Assembly (NCBI GenBank): GCA_003568945.1 | Contig: BDIP01000014.1 | Coordinates: forward strand, 1 to 47,041 | Length of the DNA stretch: 47,041 bases | Reading direction: 5' to 3' | From: Kipferlia bialata | Taxonomy: Eukaryota | Part shown: positions 1-13,200 of the stretch, piece after piece | Numbering within the stretch: position 1 is the stretch's first letter | Layout of the letters: each line of letters opens with the position of its first letter | The notes under the pieces: generated by a model | Database searches by the model: none | Told to the model about the DNA's origin: nothing | What the model saw: the letters and a program-made list of their open reading frames with translations, nothing else | Position numbers and translations under genes: made by a program

Positions 1-50
<50 letters not shown>

Positions 51-81
51 CTTGAGTATCTCACACATGCACACCCCACGT

Positions 82-2803
82 ACCCTCTCCGTAGTACTCG
101 CTGAGTGTGTCAGCCACCCCCTGCAGGATGAAGTCGTCTAGGCCGTATGTGTCGACCAGGGCCTTGTACTCCTCATCGGTGTCATAGTCCCCATCGGAGT
201 GGGACGTGTAGGACGTGATCTAGGGTCAGTAGGCATAGACACACACACAAATATATATACTTGACTCATACCCAACCTCAGAGGTGTGGAACCCGGGTCT
301 GTAGTTGACCATGCCCACATACAGCACTCGGTTGGTCAGGGTCATGTCCAGAGTGCCCTGGGGGTCAGAGGGGGAGGGGGTGGGTGTGTGTGTGTGTGCG
401 TGTGAGTATATCTATATATACATATATACCTGTGGAGTGAGCCTGTCGATGTTGGGGAAGGGTGTGCCGTCTGTCTGCCACGAGTATGACGTCATCATGG
501 TGTTCTCCTTGGTCTCCCCATCCTCCTCGTAGGTGGTGTCGGTGCCAAAGGCCTGGGGTCAGAGTATACTAATATAGAGATAAAAGATAGAGTACAGTAC
601 TATACAGAATACTAAGTGTGTCACCTGGTGCATGGCGTATGCGTAGTTGGCCACCCCCTCATCGTAGGTGTGGCCAGTGGCCCAGGAGTCAATGGCGGCA
701 CTGAAGGCATTCAGAAGCTCCTAAAGGGTCAGAGACAGGTAGAGAGTCAAATAGTGTATTACAGAGGTATATATAGTAACCACCACCCACCTCATTTCCT
801 GTGTAGTACTTGTATGCGTCCATTGCCATGACAGGTGCAATGCGGAAGGGCTCAGCGTTGATGGTAGGACCAGTCACAATGTTGGAGTACTCGTTGGTCT
901 TGGCCTGGGGGGTTAGTCACAAAGTGTCGAGAGGGGGAGGATGAGAGAAAGAGAGAGAGAGTGATACCAACGGAGACACAGCATATATGCACCCCTCACC
1001 TTGATGACGTATGACATGCCGAGTGTGTCGAATATACACATGGAGCACTCGTCACCCACGAACTGGGTCATCATGTCATACACACTGGAGGTCAGCACAC
1101 GGTAGGAGAGGTGATATACATACACACACATATATATACGCACTTTGATGTCTTAGCCACGAGGCCTGTGATTGATGTGTCGAGGCCTGCCACCTCCTGC
1201 TCTGTGGCATCACCCGAGTTGATGCAGATCTTGAAGGCAGAGTTGGGGGTGGAGCCGTAGGTCTGGGGTCAGGGGGGGGGGGGGATTGCATCACTGCCCG
1301 ACAGAGAGAGAGAGAGAGAGAGAGAGATACTATCCACGCGTCCCCACCTCTATGTATGCCTTGAGCTGCGTAGTGAACTCAGAGAAGTCACCTGCCCAGG
1401 GGAAGCCATCAAGGGTCTTGAAGGTCTGGGGTGAGACAGGGAGAGAGAGAGAGAATCATAGGGTTGAGTAATAATGCATGCTGACAGGGACCATTATATA
1501 TCCTAGGCAGCTGATACATGGCAGTGCAACTATCACTCACATTGGGCAGGGTGTCTGTGTTGAAGAACACATCCAGGTTGCCCTGGTGGTATGCACACCC
1601 AAAGTTGTAGTTGGCTCTCCTCTCAGGCACAGAGTACACCTCATTGACCATCATGTGGTACTCCCTGGGGGTAAGGGGGGGGGGCAGGTAGATGTATGTA
1701 AGTGGGAACCCAGTGACTTGCCCCCCTTGGCGTGGCAATGAACTATTGACACAAGAGACAGCCCCTTACCTAGGTCTGATGTATGTGGTGAGGAGGGCAT
1801 CGTTAGAGGCCAGTTCGGCATCTGCGGCATTAACCTCCATGTCCTGAGGGTAAGAGATAGAGGGATACTCAGGGTACTTAACTGAGACAATGAATAGATG
1901 AGGGACTGAGAGTAAGGGCACCCACCGATCCGTCTCTGCTGCCATACAGGATGTCAAGGTCTGGGGTCGTGTACTCAATCTCAATGGAGTCGGCTATGCA
2001 TGCATAGTGGGTCTCGATGCGGGAGAACACCTCCTGGCGTAAGGGGAAGGGTCAAAGACAGGCGTAAACAGGGCATCTGTGAGGAGTAGATATCCACCCA
2101 TTACCTTCATGATATCGACATCGAACCCCACAATGTCCTCCTCAGCAGGTCTCTCGTCAGGCTGGACCAGGAACCCATCGTCACCAGGCCACGTCTGGGG
2201 TGGGGGTATGCATCAATACATAGAGACATGAACCAATGGAGTACGTATATATATATATATACCACACTCACGTTGAAGCCTGGGTAGATGGAGCGAACGA
2301 TCTTGATTGTGGTGTCCTTCTTCTTACAATCCTGGAGGGTGAGCAGGGGGGGGGGGTAGGTCAGGTGTCATACAATTATAGCACATCGTATACACCCACC
2401 TCAATGAGGTTCCACATGACGCCGTCCTCGGCCACGTGCTCTATGTCTGGGTATGTCCACATGTCCAGGTTGCAGTCAAAGTCCGAGGACAGGGTGTAGA
2501 AGTCCGGGAAGCACTGGTCATCCTCCCCACTGGGCAGGGCAAACCAGTCGTAGTGCAGCTTGTTCCAGGTACCGTCGGACACAATCTCACGCAGAGCAGC
2601 ATTGTAGGCACTGAAGGGTGAGGGTCGAACACACAGAGAGACTAGAGGATACACTATTCTGGCAGACAGACTTGACACTGATCAATCAAGAGGGTTACCC
2701 ACCGCAGGAGGTCTGTGCCACCGACGTCAGGGATGGTGGAGTCCCACCACCAGCACAGTGCCGATGACACCAGCACAACGAGAACCAACAGACCCGGCTG
2801 CAT
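82..2803 (-). CDS. Secreted tandem solute-binding (PBP type 2 / SBP family 3-like) domain protein, multi-exon, 3'-incomplete
   Basis: ATG at 2803 with a signal-peptide-like MQPGLLVLVVLVSSALC. Spliced exons read DLLR|AYNAALREIVSDGTWNKLHYDWF, IKIVRSIYPGFN, EEDIVGFDVDIMK|EVFSRI, ELLNAFSAAIDSWATGHTYDE, GTLDMTLTNRVLYVGMVNYRPGF and YGLDDFILQGVADTL, which resemble SBP_bac_3 motifs. The gene runs into the poly-G at 1-50. Confidence 0.7.
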
Positions 2804-2941
2804 CCGCTCGTTGGAGAGTACGGGACACTGGGTTGACACTCTCTTGGGCCTAAACCCCGAATGCATGATTTGTTTTTGGAATACCGAGAGTGGCATGTAT
2901 CTGAGATTCGACGCCCTGTTTGCCGTTATTGTGAACCCTGG
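2804..2941. promoter_or_regulatory. Short divergent (head-to-head) intergenic region
   Basis: Only 138 bp separate the minus-strand ATG (2803) from the BMS1 ATG (2942). Confidence 0.55.
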
Positions 2942-3476
2942 ATGGCGGGTGACAGCGGTGTGGCTCAGCCACAGTCGAATAAGGTAATATCGGAGACTTT
3001 TGGAGAGTTTTGGGTCTCCCTCGTCCCTAGCAGATTCGATACATCTTTAGTGCTCTCAATATCCCCAGCTATCGCCTTACAGGACTCATAATGTTCATAT
3101 ACTTGCTAACACAGTTTCACAAGCGATCCAAGAAGGGAAGGCAGGAGAAGGAGCAGAAGAGGAAGGACTATAGGGAGAATGCCGGACACATCAATGTGAA
3201 GGCTTTCACCTACAAGTCTGCCACGCGGATGAGCGAGAGCATCCAGAGGTCCGCCAATCTGAGGGAGAACAAGGCCAAGGCCCCCACCGTGAGCAGGGAG
3301 GGTGTGCTGCCTAGCCCTGACGTTGTTGTGGTAGCTGGTGCCCCAGGTGTGGGTAAGAGCACTGTGCTGAGGGGTCTGGTACGTCAGTACACCAAGCACA
3401 ATGTGAAGGAGATCAGAGGCACAATCACATGCGTGGCTGCCAAGAAGAAGAGACTCTCCTTCGTGGAGTGCCCCAG
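2942..3476 (+). CDS. BMS1: Ribosome biogenesis GTPase BMS1, 5' fragment (exons 2942-2983 and 3115-3476)
   Basis: MAGDSGVAQPQSNK|FHKRSKK...NVKAFTYKS...PDVVVVAGAPGVGKSTVLRGLVRQYTKHNVKEIRGTITCVAAKKKRLSFVECP matches the BMS1 N-terminus and P-loop. A GTGAGT donor follows at 3477, but no BMS1-like exon was found downstream. Confidence 0.9.
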
Positions 3477-3611
3477 GTGAGTGAGAGTCGATATTGATAT
3501 CTGATCTGAGATATGGTATAGAGTTGTTCTCCAAATGCTCTGACATACCGTCTCTGTGTCTCATCCAGTTGTGTGTTCGGGGAATCTATATTCCATGTTA
3601 CTTGCTGGAGT

Positions 3612-3633
3612 CCCCCCCCCCCCCCCCCCCCCC
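3612..3633 (+). repeat. Poly-C tract at a gene discontinuity
   Basis: Homopolymer run between the BMS1 exon and unrelated exons starting at 3694. Confidence 0.9.
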
Positions 3634-3693
3634 CTCTCCTGTCACACACCAATCCATTACATACTCTGATCGGTCTCTCTTCCTCACCCCCAG

Positions 3694-6600
3694 ATACCCT
3701 CTAAGCCTGTACAGGAGGTAGTCACCACATCCACATCCATCCCCTTGGGTGCCTCTCTGCGTGTCCTGGCCGTCACCCACGATGACCCACCTGTCGATCA
3801 CGCAGGTAGGAGAGGATAATATTTTATAGACAAATGTTGTGCAAGATACTGCTGTGTTGGTACTAATGTAGTGGTGATCTTGCGAGGAGGAGTACCGTAA
3901 CGCCAGTCGGTGTGTCTATCTATTCATTCAGTGCTCTTCCCACCCTACTCGTTTGGTCACTCAATGTGTCGATAGAGATATAGTGTCGGGATCTGACTAC
4001 CACCTCCGTCCATGCCTCCTCATTCATACTTACACCAGGTGCACAAGCCCGGAAGAACGCCCTCCTGGCAATTGGTGCCAAGGTGTATTGCACTTGTATC
4101 CTCTCCTATATCTTGTATCCTCTCTCAGTCTCGTCACACCCATACACTACTTACATTATGTGTACACTTAGTTGTGACTGGCTTACCCTAGCTGTGGGCC
4201 TGTGGCGTCCCCGTCATCTACTCCTGGCAGCCCCAGCCCTCTCTCTACTGCCTGTGTGCCTCAGATACACTACCAGATGGTGTACTATCCTCTGACATCG
4301 ATACAGGGTGTGGGAGACCTGTTGCCAGGGAGCACAACGCATCTAGGGCTCAGGTGCATACACTATACACCCTACTCCCTTCACATACCCCTCTATATAT
4401 ACTCAGAGAGCCTGACTCCCAGATGTCCTCCCTGCTATCCACTGCCCTGTGTGCATCTGTGCCTGCCATTCCCATAGCAGACCATGGACTTAGAGAGGAG
4501 GCAAAGGTATACAGAGCAACTGAGATGCTACTTCTCTCTCTATGTATATGTACATGTCTTCCCTCACTACCCCTTTAGGGCAAGAGCGGCCCCCTCCTAG
4601 TATTGTATGCACTATCAACGGTATATATATATGTATGTCTATATCTATACCCTTCTCTACCCCCTCAGGGTAAGGGCGGCACCCTCCTAGTCTTCCCCAG
4701 GTCAGACAGCACCAGATGGCCGCTGGTCAGGGTGTGTGTACACCTGTCAGGGGGGGACTCCTTAGATGCCGAGGAAGAAGAGTATGGAGAAGAGTATGGG
4801 GAAGAGTATGGGGAGGTGTCTGTTGGTGCCAGGTGTGCCAACCTCACGCTGACGTTTGCAGGTAAGAGTGACAGTATGTATATATAGTAGAATTGTATTG
4901 ATATGAAGTGTGATATATATATGTACTGACCCTCAGGTGTGCTCAAGGCCAAGGCCCTGTCCCCTGGTGTCCTCCGGTGTATACAGGACACGATACCCAG
5001 GGCAGCAGCATCAAGGTGGTGTTCATAGATACCACGTGCAATCTCACATGATCATCACTTCGCTTTTATATATACTACATCGCAGTAGCTAGTAGTCCCT
5101 AACCCTCAGGATAGGCTGGGGTGAGTTTGAGGAGGACGACACCCTGGGCGAGGTGTCTGTGCTGCCAGGCCTCACACCCGGGAACCTGCTGATGTACCAC
5201 CCGGATGCAGGTATACGTGTGTGTATACATATAAATATATATGTATACATAAACTTATGTGTGTGTGTACTCTATAAGAACGAGTTCCTTCCTGATGCCG
5301 GGGTCGAATATGTGTCAATATTGATACATGTAGACTATGGTCTAGCTTGTACACCGTACTACAAATATTCCCCAACCCCCAGTGACTGCTGCCTCCAGCC
5401 AAGGTGACCATTCCCCAAAGGCAATGACAGGGGAGGAGATGAAGAGGTACATACATATGTATATACATACTATATTCTCTCTCTCTACTCTGTGCTTAAC
5501 ATCTTTGTAGGTAGATCTATGTTTGTCACTCACCAACCAGTTACTGGCTGATAACCCACGGTGTCGACCTCCAGTGGTTCAGAGGGTGGGACGGGCAGGG
5601 TGGGAAGGATGAGACAGTGTCTGCCACCCCCACCCCCTCTCCCTCTCCCTCCCCGTCTGTGTCTGTGTGCTACAAGGGCAAGGCATGGACATACCCCAGG
5701 TATAGTGTACCGTAGAGTCTCTATGTATGTAGCATCGTTATCTCTCCAGTTGTCTGAACATTAAGTGTCTCACCACCCCCACTCATTCTCCAGTTGTTGT
5801 GTAGTGTCAGGCACTGCTAGGCTCATGAGGAGGCTGGGGGAGCCAGGTATGCGTTTACAGAGAGACATCATATATTACACTATCTTTGACTGTACTCTCT
5901 AATTGTTTTCTTAGCTCACCCTTCCAGGTGACCCCCAGTCCCTCCTCTCTCTGGTGTCAGAGGTCTTTGGCACAGTGTGCACTCAGACATGTGACTCTGC
6001 ATCCTTGCTATCATACATATCTGCCTCAGTTCCTACAGTACCCACAGTACCCACTGAGTCCCCCCCTCCCCCTACCACCCCTGTCAAGACACCTACTAAG
6101 AGGGGTAGGGGGAGACCAAGGAGATGTGCTGCAGCTGTAGAGGAGGCAGAGGAGGAGACTACGCGCACTAGGACAGCTAGACCTAGGAGAGGGGCAGCTA
6201 GGGGGTCTACCCGTCCCACAAGAGCTAGGAGAGGTGCTAGTACAAGACCCACTAGGGGCAGAAGGGGGGCGAAAGTTGAGGTGGAGGAGGCGGAGGAGGA
6301 GGGAGAGAAGACACCAGTGGTAACTCCAGCTAGTACTGCACCTGCACCCGTGCCTGAGTCTGATAGTCCAACATCCTCCCCCGCCACTGTTACCAAGGAT
6401 ATAGTGGTGAGAGACCACAGCAGGGAGAGGTATGTATTGCAACTGTACTTTTCATGCATACGACCACTTACGATTGGACGCTGTCATCTCGCCTTGTGAC
6501 CTCCCTGTGTATATGTAGATGTATGTGTGTACACACTCTCACCCTAGGTGGGACACTGCCATCTCTCTCTCTCTATATATAACTATATATATATATATAT

Positions 6601-7432
6601 ATACATATGTATGTATTGATACTCACTCAATAGGTGGGACTCTGCCATCTGTGCCTGTGTGCCTGACAGGCATTCATATATATGTGTGCTCTATGTATGT
6701 ATTTTACGTATATATACATGTATACTCACTTACCAGATGGGACTCTGCCATCTGTGCCTGTGTGCCTGACAGGACATCATCCTATATATATTAGTATATT
6801 TGTATATATATACAGTATTTACACACTCTCACCCTAGATGGGACTCTGTCATCTGTGCCTGTGTGCCTGACAGGGCAGCTGAAGAGGCAGCACCAGTAGA
6901 GGCAGACGACCAGCTGTTCAAGGGCATCAGAATCATTAAGGTATACATATACAATCCCCTCTCTGTAATACCTAATGTGCAAGATGTATATGTGTAATAG
7001 TAACTCACCCACCAGGCCAAGGCAGAGCCTCTCCCCTTGTCTCTATCCTCTGCCAGTAGTGTAGGGAAGACCACTCCTACCAAGACTGTACCACCCAAGC
7101 CCAAGGTGCTGCGGAAGCTCGTGTTGCCAACGTACGTGATGTTGTAGTGTCACCTCTATCCGTAAGACTCTCTTATTATGTTCACCAATATTATTGTTAC
7201 CTATATACATGAGACTCCCCTCTTGTCCTCACTCTCTAGCTATAAGAAGAAGGACCCAGCCGCCCTTGCAGCAGAGATACAGGCCAGAATACTCAAGAAC
7301 ATGTCGGTATGTGTAGATATATATATATCTATATTGGTGTTGTATTTGCATCTCCGACCAGGCCAAGTGTATATGTGTGTGTTGTTTAGTCTCACCCCCA
7401 GGCCAAGGATGCCCGTGCCCCACAGAATATAC

Positions 7433-7482
<50 letters not shown>

Positions 7483-9940
7483 TGTTTAGTCTCACCCCAG
7501 GCCAAGGATGCCCGTGCCAGACAGGCAGCAGACAGACAGGCAAGGCAGGCAGAGGCAATGGAGGCAGCAAGACTCAAGGTTAGTAACATACATATATGTA
7601 TAATGGGTCAACTATTGAATTCTTGGTGTATTCTGGAGCACCGTGTTGGACTGACCCCAGCCCAAGCCAGTTGTGCCAGTCATATCCAAGTCCTCTGTCT
7701 CCCCCACCCCCTCTGGAAAGGGTGCCTCACCTACTGTAAAGGGTGCAGACTCAGGTGGGTACACTACTATATACATATGAGGCTACTCCTCTGGTTAGTG
7801 TACTTGGACACTTTTGAGTATTTGTATATACTCATGCACCTTCCTTGGTGAGGTTGCCTATCTCCTTCACCCCAGACACCAAGAGGCGCCGGAAGACTGC
7901 AGCTGAGAGGGCCGAGGCAGCCAAGAGGAAGGAGGAGGCTGAGGCCGCACAGGCTTCCAGGGAGAAGGAGGTGGGTGCTGTACTATACTTGTATACACCT
8001 ACACAATATATATACAATAACAATGTGTGACGGACAGATACATAGAAGGATGCTCACCCCAGGCTGCAGAGAAGCGTGCTGCCCTTCTGAAGCGTCAGAT
8101 GATGGGTGGTATGGGCATGGGACGGCCAGCCTCTAGGGCAAGGGGTGGTGCCAAGCCTCTCAAGCCCATAGGTTCAGCTGCTGCCCTACCTATCAAGCCA
8201 GAGAGAGAGAGAGTGCGTGTCAAGAGAGCTGTCTCCGCACCTGCTGCTTCTGCGGCGTCTAGCCCCTCTGTCACTGAGGCTAGTGGTAAGACCACACCTG
8301 ACCCCACTAGCAAGGCAGAGACTAGCAAGGCACCGTCTAGACGCCGTCGCACCACCAACTCCCTTGCCTCTCCTCCTGCATCCACAGCTGCGTCTGGCAC
8401 TGATGGTACCAAGGGTGCTAGTGGTACCAAGGCACCCAAGGAGAGGCGTAGCAGGAGGGTCAAGAGCACTGGCGCCACGTCTTCTACTGCTACCTCTACA
8501 GACAGCAAGACTGATAGTGACAAGGCAGAGTCCCCTACCCCTACCCTCACTGAGGCCGAGAAGAGACGGCAGCGTATGCAGGCAGCCATCGCTGCTAGAG
8601 GGGCCGGTCCATCTACAGCCTCTACTGCTGCTGTTCCTGACCCCTCTAGTCCTAGTGTTGCCCCTGCGTCCACTGCCACCCCTAAGCCTAGGTCCAGAAG
8701 GGTGAAGGTGACATCTGGTGTAGCCGACGCCTCACCCAGTGCCACTCTTAAGCCTAGGAGTAGGAGGGTCAAGGACACCTCTGCCTCTACTGCTGCACAT
8801 TGTGCTACAGAGGGTACCGCCACTGCCTCTGCTAGTGACACTGCACTGCCTGTCAAGCCTAGGAGCAGAAGGATCAAGAACAGTCTGGGTACTGCGTCTG
8901 TCACCCCTGCATCCACCTCTGCTGACACTCCTACTAGTGATGGCAAGGCTGTACCTAAGCGTAGCAGAAGGGTCAAGAACAGTCTATCTGCCACGGAGGC
9001 CCCTGCCTCTGACTCCACAAGCACTGCTGTGGCTACAGCCTCTGCTACAAGCACTCCTGCCAAGAGGAGCAGACGTGTCAAGAACAGTCTGTCGACTGAC
9101 ACTAGCGGTGCTAGTAACACAGCAGGGACACAGCCCAAGAAGAGAGCCTCCTCCAGACGCAGGGTTAAGAACAGCCTAGCCTCTACCCCTAACCCTGATG
9201 AGGATCCTGATGCATGTGGGATAGTGGGTGGTACATCTTCACCAGTCAGGCGGAGTGTGAGTGTGAAGAGGGAGAGGGAGGGAGAGAGAGAAGGTATGGT
9301 CGTGGCCACCCCCTCTGCTAAGAGGGTGGAGGGGGTGGTGCCCTCTGGCCCTGCCTCCATGCTCAGGAAGAGAGACAGTGCCAAGCGTGTGGTATCTGAT
9401 GCACCTGCCCCTAGGAGAGTGTCCTTCGCAGCCACAGTCACAATGGTGGATCAGGTGTGTGTATACTCACTACAATGTGAATGTGTGTAGTATTGTCAGA
9501 TGTAGTGTCAGTATTGTTGTGGCTGTTCATTGTAGCATGTGTCTCTCATATACACTCTCACCCCCAGAGAGGACAGAGGTCGGAGGCTGCCCTGGACGGA
9601 GTGCCAAAGGTACTGTATATGTATCAATATACATCCACTCTTTAGGTGTAGATTCAATGGGTTCTTTTGAGTGAGTTACTCTTATGGACTGTCTGTCCCT
9701 TCTCACCCCCAGGCCGTCACCTGCCTGGCCCCAGCTGAGACTGAGGCTGAGACCAGTACACTAGGGGACAGTGTCAGGCTCATTAGGTATGTATATGAAT
9801 ATGTGCCATATTGGATTACGTCCTCTAGTTCGTTGTGAGTTTGATATAGAAGAGTGTTAGACTCACCCTCTAGGACTGGAGATGGCCCCCTGTCTGAGAT
9901 ACAGACTGTGTTCAGACTGGCCATGGAGGGGATAGTGTGA
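3694..9940 (+). CDS. Large multi-exon protein, 5'-incomplete; N-terminal globular region, then AT-hook, coiled/low-complexity region, SRRVKNSL repeats and RVxF motif
   Basis: Exon chain IPSKPVQEVV..., IGWGEFEEDD..., YWLITHGVDLQWFRGW..., GDPQSLLSLVSEVF...KRGRGRPRR, a long exon at about 8063-9454 and terminal TGDGPLSEIQTVFRLAMEGIV* (TGA 9938-9940). Some internal exons were not resolved. Confidence 0.6.
6541..6875 (+). repeat. Tandem acceptor+exon-start echoes (4 copies)
   Basis: (t/c)ag(g/a)tgggac(a/t)ctg(c/t)catct.. at about 6545, 6631, 6735 and 6835. Only the last copy continues into the full exon. Confidence 0.9.
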
Positions 9941-10234
9941 TGAATGTATACGCATGTTGTGCAGGGAATAGTGTGAGGGGTGGATGTGGAGCAGGGTGTA
10001 CAGTGTTGAGGCTCGCACGGGAGGCTGTGGTTGATCTATATATTTCTAGCTGTAGCCGCAAGCGCTAGATCTTACAGCTTCGTGTTACTTGTAAATAGTA
10101 CACAACTTGTGTAGGGAGTCATTATGTCCAAGTCACTAAAAGAGTAGTTGTACATTTTGGGGTCACACTACATACATACATAACCCTCTATTCACACAAC
10201 CCTATTATGAGGCATAAATACACTATTCCGTGTT

Positions 10235-13200
10235 CTACTGTCTTCCATGTAGAAGACTAGTTGTCAGCCCCTCTTCATCAGTGGCACTGGCCTCAGACCT
10301 CTCTTCCACAGGGGTCGAGGCCTTGGGCTAGAAGTGAGTATGGTTATAGTCAACAATAATCGAAACACCAAGAAACACGTATCATAGTATGATATAGTAT
10401 TGTTGAGTACATCCGTCATTGCATACCTTCTTCTTAATGTTAGCTGCCTTCTCATGGACTGTCTCTATCACCATCAGGGTGACTGCATGGGAGGCAAAGA
10501 GAGCACCAACCAGAGCCAGAGCAGAAAGAATGCCTGGGGTCATGATGTGTATCCTATACACTATTGCTACTATGTGTACTATACATTCTACAATCACTAG
10601 GGTCTAGAGACACAATTATGGATAACACTAGTTAGAGAGAACCAACCTTCCGTCGTTGATGGTATACCGAACTCGACAGTGGTGACACTCTGTTCCGTGG
10701 TGCGTCTGATAGTGACGGAGAGGGGGTCAGACGCAGTGGGTACGGAGGAGCCTGGGGTTAGAGAGAATGCTCAACACCAACTCAACAGACATCACGTCCA
10801 GCACTACCTTCGCAGACCCTCAGCTCCGTAGACACGTTGTTGTAGAGTGTCCCAAAGTGGTCACTGAATGTGTACACTCCAAAGAGAGACATGGCGCCTG
10901 AGGCTGTCTGGGCCGTGCCCCTCTGGGTGGACACGTCGAAGACCTAAAGGATGAGTGTATTGAATATACTGAGGGTAGGGATATTGGGTATGGGTACTGC
11001 CTGTTGTTACCTGGCTTGGGCACAGTAGACCTGAAATGTGAGAACACATATAGCATAGACTATAGAGAATACATTCTGAGGACGGTAAGATCTATCTTGA
11101 TGTTATTAGTGTGGTTGAGGTATGTGGTTACCTGGCTTGGGCACAGCACTCCATCTGGCTGTTGGAAGGGGGCCGTGCGGAATCTCTCTGTTGTCACTCT
11201 CTGGGTCTCCTTGGGAAGGTTGCTGGGAGAGAGATCGTCGCCTCTCTGCAGCGCCTGAGGGAAGATACTACACGATGATGCTATTGCGCGATATCAATAT
11301 TCTATAACATACCAACCTCACACATGAGACCAACGTATATGCAGTCCCCGTCTGTGCAACTGAGTACACACCCTGCTGCAACGTTGGCACCATAGTCAAG
11401 GTCCTCTGCGTCATTGTCAACGACAGGGAGGGGTGAAGCGGCCTGGTATTAGTATAGAGACACAATGCAGATATAATATGTTTGGCATTGAGTATGTATA
11501 TATGCACTTACCACCGACGTTATGCGAGAAGTATCCCATGAGTTGCGGCCATCATTGTACGGGCCAAAGAGGGACCACTTGACCTGAAGTTGGATGTGTA
11601 TGGCGTTCAGCATACTTGGTACAGGAAATATAAAATAGTGTATATTTGTACTGTCATAGAGTTACCTGGGATGGGTACTGCAGACACTCTGCAAAGGTAC
11701 CATCAAGCTCTGCCTGACTGAAGACCCCATCACCCAGTCTGTTCTGGATGGTGCCATACAGACCACACGTGATGTACTCACGGGAGAAGAAGCGGGGCAC
11801 AGTGGGGTATATCACAGCGGGGTTCTCAGAGTCAAGGAACTTGAGAACTGAGGGGTCAGTGTATGGTGACATGTTACATGTCAGACTTGTAGCAATATAG
11901 AAGTGATACACACAAGTATGCGTATTAGTAGAAGGAAATGTGGAAAGTGTGTATGGCTACCTGGTCCTCTCCAGGCATCCTCGTACATATAGGCCGAGGG
12001 AGGTGGGATGGTGTGCACTTTGACAGCTATAGTGAGAGTAAGCGCGTAGTTAGCATAACCTTGTAGTATTGGATATCATTGCTATACCTGCTGGGCTAGA
12101 CAGACCCATTAGAGGGAACTGCTCAGAAGGCACCCAGGAGACACTAGAATCAGAGAGACGGTGGATGGAGTAAAAATAGCAATGCAAACTTGGCACCATG
12201 ATATTCAGTATTAGACTCGTACGTTCAAGCATTTTATAAGTATGTACATGATGTACATATACATATGGGTACCTGTAGACTGGGTTCTCCCCCACTGGCA
12301 GCGCAGTGCTCATGGCTGTGGATACAAGGGTCAGGTGGTGGTATACAGCCTGGTCATCCACATAGCACCCATAGGCTACAAGGGGCTGGTCCAGGGGGTT
12401 GAACCAGTCCTGAGGTGAGATAGAATAGTGTCAGACTCGACGAGTAGCAAGAGTGTCACTAGACTATAAGCGACCCACTGAATCCACTATACCACTCTAA
12501 TATACCTTTGTGTACAGGGCCTCACAGGGCATGCCTGATCCCTTGATGGTACAACCTAGCGTGTAAGTCAGAATGAAGTATCCACTTTCACTGGACTCTT
12601 ACCTTACTTGATACCTAGACCCTCAATCTCTCCTATTGTATATAGCCATGTCTACCTTCACTCTTGAGCTGCAGAGACCCACTGTCCCTGAGTGCAGATA
12701 GTGGCGTAGGTGGTGTGGCCTGTGCGCCCAGGGGCATGATACCAGCTGAAGCACCAAAGATGACCTAAGGGTTAATAACCATAAGTGACACACTATATAT
12801 ACCTCATGCATCCTATTCTCACCTTGAGTCTATCTGACATGTACATATCCTCTACTATAGAGTAGTCTATGCAGGACGTGCCCCAGTCCCCACCCACCAC
12901 CTCCACCACATACAGGTTGTCATGGGCCGCTGTCCAGTCTGCCAACACCCTAGCCACTGTATCATCCAGAGAAGTGTAGGGGACGCTCTCCACCTTTCTC
13001 TCGTTGATGTCGTAGGAGGGTAAAGGGGTGTAAAGCGCCTGGGGGAGGTAGGGGGTGGGTGTGGCGAGGAAGAGCTCCAGCAGCAGGACGAGGAGTAGGG
13101 CACCGATGAGGAGGAAGACCATCGTGACTTGACCTGGGGTTGGGGGGAGAGTATGGGTATGTATATGTAAAGCGAGAGAGTTACGCGACACCCACCTCCC

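Noticed and set aside
8095..9441. 448-aa antisense ORF
   Set aside because: Shadow of the low-complexity Ser/Thr/Ala-rich sense exon. It has no splice context or recognisable domain.
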